Assembly: GCA_046563655.1 (NCBI GenBank)
Contig: CM102290.1
Location: 3,968,001 to 4,032,000, forward strand
Direction: 5' to 3'
Length of the DNA stretch: 64,000 bases
Source: Yuukianura sp. NJ FZ-2021
Lineage: Eukaryota
Shown: piece by piece, positions 1-13,400 of the stretch
Position numbering within the stretch: position 1 is the first letter of the stretch
How the letters are laid out: every line of letters starts with the position of its first letter
Notes under the pieces: generated by a model
What the model was told of the DNA's origin: nothing
The model's input: the letters and a program-made list of their open reading frames with translations, nothing else
Database searches by the model: none
Translations under genes and position numbers: made by a program

Positions 1-1488
1 TGAGTAAATATTCAAAGGCATCGGAAGAAGGGATTTTCTCTCTGTGGGTATATGTTAGCCAAATGTATCTCATATTAAAACCGCCGGTTTCGATGTCCGG
101 AAAAAAAATTATTTGCTACAGCGTATATAAGGAACTCCAATGATTTAAATTCCACACAGAAGTTACATTTTTTGAATCTCTAGAACAGAATTTAAGTTTC
201 ACTGACAACTTTTAAAAAAATGGTTGAACTTTTTCAAAATCTAAACTCTATGGGGACAAGTAGAGCACCACAGCACAGTAAGCAAAGCGTCACTGTCAAC
301 GGGGCTGGAAAAGTGTCTTTCAAGTCTATAAAATCCATCTCCACCCTGCCTGACTAATGCATCCCATTCACACTTTCTTCAGTGAACCATTTGTCATGTC
401 ACTTTATAAACTTCCTGCTCAGTCATCCAAGTCTTTAAAGGGAACCTTGTAGTTCCCTTAACCCAAATCTGGTTCTGTCGCTGTGTTGGACATTGCTGTA
501 ACGTAGCAACCTCATTTTGCACAGAAATTTATTTCCAAACCATTGACTGATGATATTCTCCAACCGATTGAACAATTCACAATAAATTTACCCGAGGCAG
601 TCTGACCGCGCGACAGCGATGGATCAGCACTCGAGCAAAAATCTTATGAAAACTGAATGGCACATTTCAGATTCCGGAATATAAATTTTGAACCTGTGAC
701 CTTCGACATTGTTCTTAAAATACAAAAGACTCAGGATTTTAAGCGTTAAATGTGACTTTGGGTTGTTTTTTTTTCTTTCTTAGCTTCCGTATTCAACGCT
801 GAAAGTGATTAATTGAGTCTTGGTTAAATCTTGTTTTTTGAGCTTAATCATAAAAGTGAAAGCAAAAGTGGCAGAACTTTCACTTTTATCGCTTTCAATG
901 CCACTTCAGTTTTATGCTCCGGGCTATTCATACCTCCGTTTGGTAAAACAAACAATATAATTTGGAGAATAATTTCCACAAGGTCAAAGTTGAAAGTCCA
1001 GTTTTGGCAATGACGTTTTGAGAAGCACTTGAAGTTGTTGTATGTTGCAACACATTTTGATGAGTTTTAGTTTACTCTAACTTTTCATTTCGTTCTGTTG
1101 TATGGAAACTTTTTTTTCATGGAAATTTTTTTTTCAGGAGATTCAAAAGGAATATTTTTGAAAAGGAAAGTTGGTGATTTTTTTTAGTCAGAATTAAACA
1201 AAAGAAAGGAGGAAAAAGTTTTAAGCAATTTGGCGGCACATTTTGCTTACTTTCTCTCTTTTTGTTTTGAAAAATTGTTCTAACTTGCTCTTAACGTTTT
1301 TTGAGAAACAAAGTTTCTCCTTTCCACTTTTCAGGCAATGACCAAATCGTTGTTATCAAACGGGCCTTACTTGAAAAACCTACCGTAGTCGCTGAGTCAA
1401 ACCCATTTACTTTCTTTTTTAAACTTAAAAAAGTTTTAAATTTTGTGGATATTTTGGAAATGATGTAACTTTGATTTTTTTTTTTCAG

Positions 1489-3691
1489 ATTTGTTCTCAG
1501 CCTTGTAACAGCCAACCTCTTCATTTCGTCGATAGTTTCTCCTTTGATCCTTCTGGGAACTGTACTCAACCACTACTTGCCATTTTCCTGCATTCCAGAA
1601 GCCCTAACAACGATTGCCAATTCAGTAATTTTCAGTGCGATATTTTCAAGTGTACTCATTGGAACAGACCGCTACTACGCCGTCACTTCACCTCTACACT
1701 ACAGCATGACGATCACTCGAAGTCGCTCGCAAGTTATGATTGTTTTGGCTTGGCTGTCCGGCATTTTGCTTTCACTTCCACGCGTCCTCGTCTGCATCTT
1801 TCTTGCAGAATCTTCCTTTCAACAAAGTCTCCACATCATTTCTGCAGGGCTTCAACTTTCTCTGGGCTTTACTTTCCCATTTCTTGGACTCTGTTGGCTT
1901 TACTGGAGAATGTACACTGCAGCCCACCGAAACTCAGAACGGACAAGGAAGCACTCCATTTCAGGCGAACTATTGACTGTTATGGATGGGTCCACTAGTG
2001 TAGTTCCGCAGGTAAATTTTTTTTTCCCAACAATTTCAATTTAGCTCTCTCTTCGAAAACGAGCTACCAGCATTTCCTCTCAATGAAAAAGTTAAGGCAG
2101 TATGTTGTTTATGCTTATTTTGTTTAATATTCTCTAGGGCATTGACTTCTTGACCCACTACATGAACCCCTTCTCCAAAACACCTATGGCTGGTTCGGCC
2201 ATTCCAACAGGCCCAACAACAGCTACGGGAGTCATAGTAAGCGTCAAAAAGAACCGCCGCCGAAGTTCCAACGGCAGCTCATCTTCACTTTTGTTTCGCG
2301 AAGAGGGCCGAGCCGTCAAAACTGCATTCTTTGTGTTAGCGACATTTCTACTTTGCTGGAGCCCGCATTTTGGCCTTTTGCTCGCCACGGAACTCAGCAG
2401 TACATCGGCAACAAGCAGTCGACAAAGTTTGGATTTGAACTACACCTACGGGAACTGGGATCAGTTCTTCAGTGTGAGCGGAATGCTGCTGTCCTCTCTT
2501 CTTCATCCCTTCATCTACGTCTTCAGAAACAAAATGGCCTGGAAAGAGCTTAGCAAACTCCTGTGCGGATTTCTGATTGAACAGAAAAGAAAGCAGGATT
2601 TAATTAAATACTCTCATAACAACAACCACTATCAAGCCACGAGTCGACCCTCACACTGCCAGCGATACGAACCCTCCGAGGAGTCTAGCGTCCCACTCCA
2701 TTCCCCTCCTTCTATACTTCCAAAGAGTCCCAGACGATCATCCATGAAGTCGTTGACCCCGCAGAGTTCATTGAACTCCAATTCAACCCATCTTAACCTA
2801 ACAACACACAGCTCAAACGACTCTTCATCCTCAACCGATTCACCAATCATGCTCATCGGACCTGAGCTTCATATGAAACCACCATTTTTGCGATCTCTCA
2901 CTCTACCAGAACAACCGCGTGTCAAGTTCCCACCAAATTTGGTTAGACAAAAATCCTACGTTCAAAGAACAGTCTCCGGCCCAGCAGTTGACACGAATCA
3001 CCAGCGTTCGGCAAAGTCAAAGTATTCAGACTCGGGAATTGGAATTTGTCAAGGTTCAACTGCGTCTACGCAGAGTCGCAGGTCAACCCTTGTGCGACAA
3101 GACTCTATTTGTTCCATCCTTTCTACTGACTCTGTTTTGATGATCTGTGCAGAAGATGGGCTCACTTCAGCCTCTGACATTCGACTTTGTTCCAATTCTC
3201 ACAGGATTCGAACGGCAGGAGCTTCCCGTCGTCAAACTAGGATGGATGACCTCCTGCAGAATCCATACCAAAGCAGCAGCATTGAGGACGACAAGGTTGT
3301 TTCAAGACTACTAAGGACAGGAGGAAATGGAAAAAGTTGCGAGCCCGTGGCTTCTGGAACAAATACCTGGAGTCACATGACCCAAATCCCAGTGCTCCCA
3401 TCGTGCTTCCGCCAAGACTCAAACTTTAGCACCACCACGATGGACTCTGGTATCATTGTCGGACCTAACTTTGGAAGACAGAGTTCTGGACGTGGGGTTA
3501 CTGCTGAAGAAAGTCTGGAGGCTCCAGGTCATCAAGACACTGTTCCATTACTACCAATTTCTAAAGTAAGTTCCATGCCTTCGGACCACCGTCATCAACT
3601 CCAGAACCATCAGAGATTTAGTCCACGTTCACATACTGCCAGTACTGATTCTGTTCCAGAGTTACCTATGCTCCTTCAAACATCCATCTAA
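1489..3691 (+). CDS. GPR161: Class A orphan GPCR, GPR161-like (5'-partial; exons 1489-2011, 2138-3691; TM1 exon upstream of window)
   Basis: The spliced translation gives TM2 FVLSLVTANLF (N at 2.50), TM3 IGTDRYYAVTSPLHYSMTIT, TM4 LAWLSG..LSLP, TM5 FPFLGLCWLYWRMY, TM6 FLLCWSPH and TM7 LLHPFIYVFRNKMAWKEL (HPxxY), then a long Ser-rich tail. Intron 2012-2137 is GT..AG, phase 0. The acceptor ttttcag ends at 1488, and the window starts with (g)tgagt, a likely donor. The GPR161 call is from recalled motifs (DRYYAV, HPLIY..NKTVRKEL). Confidence 0.8.
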
Positions 3692-5830
3692 AACTCTATA
3701 CGCTAATGGTAGAATGTGGAACTAGAAGTGCCAAAGGCTGTTCACCTCTAAAGATTCTAAAATCAAAATCGGCACAATGATTTAAACTCAAAAGTATCAT
3801 AAGTTACTCACTGCCGCCGCCGCCCTTGAATCCCAATCCTGCATCGACGTCCAAACCTAATGGTTTCTTTTATTTTCTTTGTCTTTTGTCATAACGCTGC
3901 CCTAACTAAAGTCCTATTATAGAAACTGGAGAAAGCACGCAGAAAAAAAATCGGGTTTATGTGGAAGCTTTTATTCGTGGAATTTGAAACCAGATTGAAA
4001 GCTAGCAGATTCAGAACGACTGAAGCTGAAAGACTCTCGATGACAGGCAAAGGGTTCTGGGAAAGTTGTTAGACAAGATTTCTTGGCTGGTTGAATGAAC
4101 TTTGGGGACAAAACAGATTAAAATGCTCGGGTGAAAATTTGTTGTGAAGCTTTGAAGTCGAGTGTGAGAAGTAGAGCGGAGAAAGTGAGTGTTTATTCAT
4201 GTCGAGTGACTGACTAGTAGTGGGACGCCCTCATTTTTTAATAGTTTTCCTTCTGTGTTCCAAACAATTTTCTCCATCGAATTTCAAATTGAGATCAATT
4301 CATCTGAAGAGAAGCTTCATCCATCCAAAGTTCCTCCCTCAAAACCCCATCCCTATTTCAGAGTAGCCAAAATTAATTTTCCCACTACAAGCAACCGACG
4401 GAGACTTAAATAGGTTGACCAGCTCCAACCTCCCCATATGGAACCTTGTTTTTCAAAATTTTGAATTCATCTAAACACGAAGATTCATTCAGTTCATAAA
4501 CCACTTCCGCATCCATTCCTGCTTTAGTGATTTCCTTTTTAATAAACAATAACAAACTCTGCTTCCAAAGACTCGTCCTGGTTTTCAAAAAGACAAATGT
4601 GGGGTCACAACCTTTATTTCTTTTTCGGTGAACAAAGCAACCGAATCTAGGTCACTTACAGTGCAACAAAAAGCTTTGTTTTGTCAGCAACTTTATTTCT
4701 GGTCATAGACAATTTTCAGAGTTGTTTCGCAATAAAACTCAAACATATTTGTATTTTACAACTTCTCGGCCTCCGAAAGCTTCATACGTCTAACCAGAAG
4801 GTTAAATTTTAAAAGCTGCGTTACCGAACCAAAATTTAACAGTCAGTACCTGTGTATTCAGTTGTCTAGAAATGCCTTTCTTCAAATCACTTTCTTCATT
4901 GATTTCTCCAAATTACAAAAATGTGTTATCTAAAACTCCACTTTTCCCTTACCAAAGTATTTGGGGGCTGTGGAAAATTTCTGGCTGGACCAGACTACCT
5001 ATTTGATGTTAATATATTAAGAAGTAAATTAGGTACATTTAGTGTTATTTGTTAAAATATAACCCAGCATTCCCCGTGACATGCATGAAAATTGTATCTC
5101 CTCAAACATTTTTCAGTCTTCATGAGTAGAACGTATTTTTTGTGTCTATAAGATCCAAATAGTAAGTTACCATTGGAATTATGTATAAAATTTCCGCAAG
5201 GCAAATTAAGTAATTTTACCCAGAGATCAAAGCTATAGTTGACGAAGCAAGATAAAGCAACGACGAATTTTTAGTACCTCAAGACCCCATGAACAGTGAA
5301 AAAAGCTTTTTCATAAAAACGACATGTGATATTTGTACCATGAAAAGTAAGGCTTGAAATGTTTAAAACCTTCTTTTCTAAAATATTTAGTTTAACTAAC
5401 CTTGATTATAATTTTAATGGAACCCAGTAGTCATGTACTAGTATACAAATGTAATTTTGTGTAAGGCTAATTCCGTTTCTCTGAGCGAGTGTCAATTCGC
5501 GTAGAAAGTCTTCACTTTTCCCAAATCTTGCGAATTCAAAGAAAAAGCTTGTGAAACAAAAGTGCGGTAAATGTTGAACATTGTGTGAACGCTAACTACA
5601 CTAACTTTTAGAATAGTTTACTACCTAGCTAACTAGTTTCCGTATTTTTAGCTAAACCCAAATTCCAAAACATGCTGACTTTCTTCTGTATAACCTTTTG
5701 GTCTTTTCTGAAATAAATGTTTGTTTTAAAATTATTGTGTTTAGTTTACACCGAATTGTTGGAAAGTGTTGTCCAAAATTCTTATATTGAATTACACTTC
5801 AACAATAATGGAATTCATCCAATAAGTTTG

Positions 5831-6780
5831 TATCTCGAGAACTGAAGACGATAGAGACGATGGTCTCTTCACGAAAAACTTTCAAAAAATATGAAAAATT
5901 TTTAACAAATATTGAAAAGTGTCAAAATCAAACAAAGTTTTTCGTCAAATTTTGAAAAAAAAAAACCTTGGACTATATACTAGTCTATTGATTTTTTTTC
6001 GAAATTTGGTCAAAATCTGAGGGCACCTTTTTAAAATTTCTAAAAATATTACATATAGGCTTGCCGTCGTGTCGTGTCGGTTCGTGTTTGGATGAAACCG
6101 AACACGACTCCGACACGACTCAATAAGAAACGAAACCGACACGAGCTAAAATTGCAAAACCGTAAACGACGCCGACACGAACCGTAAACGACACGACACG
6201 AACCGTAAACCGACAAGGTCTCAACACCCTGTTAGATTTAAAGTTTCTTTATGTAAAATAACAATCTTATGGCAAACAATAACATATTGAGCACGTGAAC
6301 AATAGAGATGGACAATTAATAGTGATATTTCCAACGTCTTTTAAAGTTTCTTAGGAGATTTTATATACTTTTGCCGTTTTGCCTCTCATTTCTAGAGAAT
6401 TTTTGTATGTCGGTTTCGTGACTCAAAAAACGTAAACGACACGAGATTTCGGCGTCGTTTCTGCCAAAAAACGAAAACGACACGAAACCCTGCCGTGTTC
6501 AATTTTTGAAAAACGAAAACGACACGACAAGCCGTTTCGTTTTCGTGTTCGTGTTTGACACGACACGACGGCAAGCCTAATTACATATTTTGTGAATTCA
6601 GGAGCGAGAGGTTACCTCTCTATCGCTTTCTGTTCCCGAGTTATGAATTTTCAAAGTTTTTGAAAATTAAAATAAAATTTTGAAAATCTGTATCTCAGGA
6701 ACGGAAAGCGATATAGATTTAGTCTCTTCACGAAAAACTTTTGTTTTTTTAAAAAAAAAACGCCTTTTTGAAGCCGTTTT
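5831..6780. repeat. Older degenerate interspersed repeat (direct and inverted ~50 bp modules) interrupted by a MITE
   Basis: 5831-5882 TATCTCGAGAACTGAAGACGATAGAG..GTCTCTTCACGAAAAACTTT is similar to 6691-6741 TATCTCAGGAACGGAAAGCGATATAG..GTCTCTTCACGAAAAACTTT. A partial inverted copy lies at ~6617-6645. Boundaries are approximate. Confidence 0.5.
6056..6579. mobile_element. hAT-type MITE (524 bp)
   Basis: 23-bp perfect TIRs TAGGCTTGCCGTCGTGTCGTGTC / GACACGACACGACGGCAAGCCTA. Perfect 8-bp TSD ATTACATA (6048-6055, 6580-6587). Many subterminal ACGACACG motifs; no transposase. Confidence 0.92.
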
Positions 6781-7471
6781 TAAAGTTGAACCCAGATCCA
6801 GGGAGAACAAACGATTTATTTAAATTCTTTGGGTTTATACATAACACTTCCACTTCGTTTTGTTGTACTTAATAATACCGTTAGCATTTGAATCTTTTAA
6901 TCACGTTTAGTACTAAGTTTCATGGTCACTGTTTAATATAAGAGGTGTAATATCTGTAAGATTATCATTAACCCCTCGGAATTGTGGATCCCGCACATCT
7001 GAAACACATAGAATAATGTCCCACTATTATTATAATTATTACATAGGTTATTATGAGAAAGCACATTGAGATAAATATCGCACTCCTTGACAATTAACTT
7101 TCGAATAATTTCATCTTTCTGTTACATATATTTCTAAACGATTTCACAGTAGGATGATGAGACCTTGGACAAGAGGCCCTTGTCGTGTTTTTTTCAAAAG
7201 AAGACAGATCTACGAAGGTTGGAGAGGACAGAGATTTCCCACCGGCTTTTAACTGACACATTGAACGTTTCATAAGAATCAATGTCGCGAATGTAGCGAA
7301 GAATATCGCTGCATCTAATGGTTTCATTTAACAGTTCGTTGATAGTCCACACATGATTATGATTTTTTTTTTAAATTCTAATCAACTACGTTTTTAGACC
7401 TAAAGTTATTAGTAGTCCGAATATTAGCTCCAAGTATTAGTGGACTTGTGGAAGTGATTTTAAGTGTAGGG

Positions 7472-10400
7472 TTATTTTGAGGCGTGGGTAGTGCGAGGAG
7501 GACGTGGAGAAATGGCTCTCTGCGAGTGCGACGTAGAACTCATGAGTGACGGGGTGGCTGAAAGTGTCGCCTCTGATGCTTGACCCATCGAAGTGGGGTA
7601 GGACGTGGTTCGCTTCGCAGATCTTAAAGAAAAATAGTACATAAGGTGAAAACGGGTAAGAAACACACTTGAGCAATGTTAGTGTGAATGTAAGTGTTTA
7701 GGTTGGGTTAACCCAACGAAATTCAAAAAGGCAAAGCAGCAATAAAAAGAAATGGTTAAATGAAATGCATAAAATAAATAATACGAGTGTGCCAAGTGCG
7801 TACTGAAAGAATATATTTCTTCATTTCTGTAAAGCAACAATTTTTTGACAAATTAACTCAAATTGCATACTGTTTTCGAATTGCCGAAGTTATAACAAGT
7901 CTTACAATGACTATCAAACAAGGTGACATAAAGCTATTGAATTCTATAACCAATTTTCTAGACCAGCCTAGTGACTATTGTGGCAAAATAAGATGTGTTT
8001 AGTAGTTTGAGATTTGATGTCCATGATGATGATTTAAAAACAAACGTAGAGAAAAGGAACAAAGAATTTACGAAGAGATCTCTTCTTGGTTAAGATAATG
8101 TCATGGGACGTAAACAAAACAAACTTGAAATACTGGAACAAAAATTGCAGCTAACGTAAAGGAGTAGTCCGGGTTTGCTTAAGAAAGGGATAGGAGCTGG
8201 GCCCAATGGGAGTTTTACACAGTGCGAGATGGGAGATTTACACGGAGTTTTGCTCCCATTCATTTCTCTCATCTCATTTCCTATCTCGCGCAATGCATTG
8301 CTTCGCGAGGGCCCAGACCCATCCAAACCCGGACTTGTCCGTTGTACTTGTGACTTATAGGAATAAATGGTTCCAGACTTGCTTGGTTCATCGTTAACTT
8401 CTGGTTCGATCAATATAAAGATCTAGTGGAGTAAAGAAGATTCATAATATCCTATGCAGTTTTCCGAGGACTTGAAGTTTTTGAGTCCCTCGCCTTACAA
8501 AAGAAAAGTAATTGTAAACTGAAGGCAAAACGAAAGTATTGGCGAAAACATAAAAAGATGATGAAGAATTAGACACCATGAGAATTAGAGACGAGTGTAC
8601 TCACCTCCTACGTCGCATGGACATTGGTTGCCCAGGCAAACCAAAGTATCCTCTAGGAATCACCATTCGAGCATTCCCTTGAGCAGGCCTTGATCCACCA
8701 TGGGCTGAGATTAAATTGAGATGGGCTGAGTACCCTTCGGTAAGTACTGTTGCCAGAGCATGTTGTTTCTTCGACACCTTGCCGATGATATAAGTCTTTT
8801 CGGCTGGAACTCCAACGCTTCCGTAGACAGCAATGTCCTTCCCACTGCCGTAGGCCGCGTGAATCACAAGCTTCTGATCCTAATGATATACAATGATGTC
8901 ATGTTTTACAATTTTAATTAATTCTTTGTGCACGAATTCCTTTGAGATATTAATTACTTGAACGAGTCCTTTGAGATAGTCGGCCTTGTGGCCCAGAAAG
9001 TCCGTAGAGAGCCCATCAGCAAATGAGACAAGGCCGTGGGGAAAGTTATGCTGAGCAAGCCATGAGACGACTCGATGCTGCTGCATATCTGGTCGCCCCG
9101 TGACGTAAATGATCAAGTATCCCAATTCCTGCCAATGCCTACATTTGAAAAAAAAATTAATTAACTCCAATTTCTCATAAGTTCAAGTGGAGGTAGCTTA
9201 CCACAAGGAAAAGTCTTTTAAAAAATATACCTGACGACATCAACGGCTCCAGCTCTGACTCGAGGATCCCTACCGGTGACAGACATGCTTGCCGTAAAGG
9301 AACCATCAATACTGAACACAACGCATTCCGTTTTTGGTGGCACAATTGCAAGATAGCAGTCAGCACAAGTATGATCACCTCTAAAAAATGATAAAAAACG
9401 AACGCCAACAATCATATAGTTCAATGAATTGTTCAACTTACTACTGAATACTTTTAGTTAGTACCTGACAATCATTTTGACAGGATAAATACCATATCCT
9501 AGTGTCTTATCCATTGGGATAGTGTAAGCTATCCGTCCGTTTTTATCCGTTATACCGGATGCCACTTGAGTCCATTCCCCCATTGGTGGGTCCTTCATAA
9601 TGTAAATATCCACTTTCTCTCCAGTAAGCGTCACCATGTCCAAGGGTCCATACATGAATCTAGCTTTGAGCACTTGCGGAGATCCTTCTTTCACTATCAC
9701 ATCATTGGCACGATGATTGGCAGCAACGTTCTATAAAATGCACACATTTTGAAAATTAGGAAAAGTTTTAAATACCTCTTTCAGAACATACTTTGAGCTT
9801 CACTGATGTCCTCTTCTTTTGCCATTTCTCTCTAGGTTGATTCGGCGTAAAAACACGAATTTCTTTATCATCATGAATGAGAGCAGAGTTTGACTCCTGT
9901 AATCCGATCTATCAACATGATAATACAATTAGAGTTTTCGCTGACCAAAATGAGGTTGCCAAGCAAGTTCAAACAAACCTGTCGGAGAATGAAAGCAATG
10001 GCATCAGTAGACTCCCAGTAGCTTGCGTGAAAGAGATGAGGAAGAGAATTGGTGGGAAAGTTAGCCAGGGCTTCCGGGCAGTAAAGGGCGAAGTCAACTC
10101 GCTTGTTCCCCCACCACTTCTGCCTCACTACAGCAATAAAAATTAATAAATATTCGCTTAATAAATTAATAAATAAATGTTTATTCAAATTGTCAAATAC
10201 AATTGATCTTACATGAATTAATGGTTTGCAATGGTAGAGCATCGATATGGCCCGAGATTCCACTCTGAATACTAATGTCAGAAAGTCTACGAGTGCTACT
10301 TGGAGTGAGCGGTACGAGACCAGCGCCAGAATCAGAGAAAATATGTGGGTTGCATTGAATTGATTCCACTGAAAATATAATACAGAGAAGTTCACATACA

Positions 10401-13400
10401 AAGTGATATACGTGATCACATTCAAAAAATTAATGAAGCTTGAGACGTAAGGGAAGAGGGGCCTTACGTAAATGATAGGGTTGCCCATCTCCCAGAGGGT
10501 ATTTAGCATAACGAGCTACGTTCACTGGAGCAATAGCAGCAAATCTAGCTGAAATGAGCGGTTCAACTCTGGCTGACAAAGGATCCGTAGGATGGAAGAG
10601 ATTGTACACTTGATGACACGGTCTGGCCAAATGCACTGAAAATTCAGTTGAAAGGCACAATTATTTTCGAAGGAAACCAGTAATTGATGTCTTTGATTTG
10701 GGAGGCGTAAAATCGTTAGTATCCAGGGGAAGATCTTACGTTGCCTATCTTCTGCATGAATTTTTCTGTTGGCCAACACAATTCCCAGCGGGCTTCCAAA
10801 CATGAACAAATCAGTTACGTCAAAGTCCAACTTCCCACTCCCAGAATCACTTGCGGAAGAGGAGGAGCGCCTCCGTACGCTTCCTGTCCCAGCATGTAAC
10901 AGGTCATGATCCAAGGTATGTGCCACTGCAACCAGAAAAAAATATAAATAATCCTCCGTAACTACTTCGGCAAAACTAATACAATTAGAACCAATCGTAT
11001 TTCGCAAAAGAAGCCGTAGATTATTGGCCACTGGCGAGATTTTTTTATATATAAATGATTCGCTGTCAGTTTGAGTTTGTTGATCTGTCATTTTACCTGG
11101 ACTGGGCGGGAGGTCCTCATCGGTTATATACTGGGCGGAATGAGAGTGACGTGTGAGTGCATCATATGCTAGTATGGATCCCATGGAATCTCCAATGACA
11201 ACCACTTGCCCACTGAATCCTTGTCCTTCTTCTGATTTCAAAAAATCTTGGTAAACTTGATTGGCTGAAAGAACTGTTTTCCCAACAGCGTCCCAGTACT
11301 CCGGCTGCGTAGTCGACAAAAGTGGAATTGCACCAATTGAGACCGATTCATGTGTCATCTGCGGACTGTCGCCAGCTCCGTAGACGTCAAAACTGTATGG
11401 ACTGAGACTAGAATTTTTGAAAATATTAAAATCAAATTAGTTTTTGCCTGAACCGAGGCCAAAGACTAAATAAACGAGACATGCTAACCTAGATAAAATT
11501 CCTAGAGCGTCTGTACAAATGGAAGGGCATGGAACCAACTTGATGCCAACATGTCCCAACATGGAAGGATAATGTTGCCGTATCACAGATTCAAAAGCAC
11601 CTCTGAACGTCGTCACATCTGACTTTTTGGCTGGAAGATCCATTGTGGCATCCAGAGCACTTCCAGCATGAACTACTAGACAGAGGACAGTTGTACTGCA
11701 GGAACCAGTCGTGCTATGGGCGTGTCCATGGTAAGTCGTTGGAGAGCCGGGCAAAGACATCTCTACACTTCCACGGCTTGCCAAACTACGATGGGTCCGG
11801 TGATGATGGTCACGCTCTGCTGTCACGCGATGAATGAATGGCTGGCAGAAAATACTGTCATCTCCTGCAAATACAAAATCCAAAGTAATAAAGTTGGTTA
11901 TGTTAGTAAAGAAAGTTGCTTCTTGGCGACCACTCAAACTTTTACGCCAAGCATTTTCCACACCTTTGTTTGTTTCAGCTCCACTGCTGTTTCCGGGATC
12001 AGTGTCTTGTGGAATCAGATCCAGAGAGCTCCATTTGGTCAGAGATGCTGAATCTTCACCATCTGAAAAACAATCAAATGAGAATTATTTTTAACAAAAT
12101 ATTGTTTGCAAAATGGGACGACAAGCATCTTAGCAATCTACTGGAAAGTACAAATACAAATAAGCGTATTATTTAAAATGGAATGCAGTCAATATTTGGA
12201 GTAGTTGGGCGTCTCGCTTGCCAACTTCTTTTGATCGGGCCCTATTTTCCAAAATTCAATTTGAAGAGAAACATGGGAATTTAGGAGAGAGAGTAGAGAA
12301 AATTCTGCTGGAGTCCAACTTTATCAAGTGAATTGACTTTGGACTGGAGAATCGAACACGGTACTTTCTCCATTGTGGAACCAAACGCTGCCTCAGTCTG
12401 ATAAGGCAGGAAAGAGCACGAGGCATGTTAAACCTAGGAGCAGAAGACGGTCTGACGGTTGACATTTCCTAAGATACGGTAGTGCCTAGCAGAAGCGTCA
12501 ATCGGGGAAAGTTGGACTGCTAAACTTCGAACACAGAGGACTCAGAGCTACTCGATGAATCCAGGACGTGTGGTTCTACGCTTTAAACCACGAAATGAAC
12601 TCGAAAGAAATGTCAAGTAACATGACGAACTCGCCGCTCCAAGACAAGCTTGAAAAGCTAAAAGGTGTCGCATTGGATTCGGCCATCGTCTCGACGCTGA
12701 AAGGGAAATCTTGTTCTGGCTAATACCTTATTCCACTCCAATTACTTCCGCCGGTTTCTAATGCTTCTCTCACACAAAGAACACTCCCGACGATGACAAT
12801 GGATCTTTAATGCCCGTAACCTTTCAGACCTACAGTCAAGTCTGGTCGTGTACTCGCTTTGACCCCATAACCAAGCCATTAAAAACAGAGATCCGTTTTC
12901 AGTCGAGATGGACGAAAAGAAGTAGAATCTAACATCAAGCCGGTGGTTTGTCTACATTTGCATAAGTTAGAAACCTAATTCCAAGGACCATAAACTCTTT
13001 ATAACTCATTCCATCCGGATCTTTGTTCATCAGAATCCGAATTCATTTTGCTAAAAAAAAAACTAAGCGGCAAAATGGCGACAGCCGCTGGAAACTATGG
13101 AATTTCAAATTTTGGAAATTGGAAAGTTCCTCCACTTTCTACATTAATCTTTTCTCGACTCCAAACTTCAACGTCTGTTCGTTATATTTAATAGATCGAA
13201 TGTCAATTTCCTGAGACTCTATATAGTCATGCGTCGAAGTTTAGAGTTGAGAAAGCTAAAGGAAATTCGGTGGGCCCTAAATTTTATTTTTTTGCTTTTG
13301 AAAGAGCAAAGGTCTCATTTGGATTGGGAATCGGATGGAGATTGAGCAGAAACTGGTGAAAGGCTAAAACATACCGACACAGTCGAAGAATTCCTCTTCA

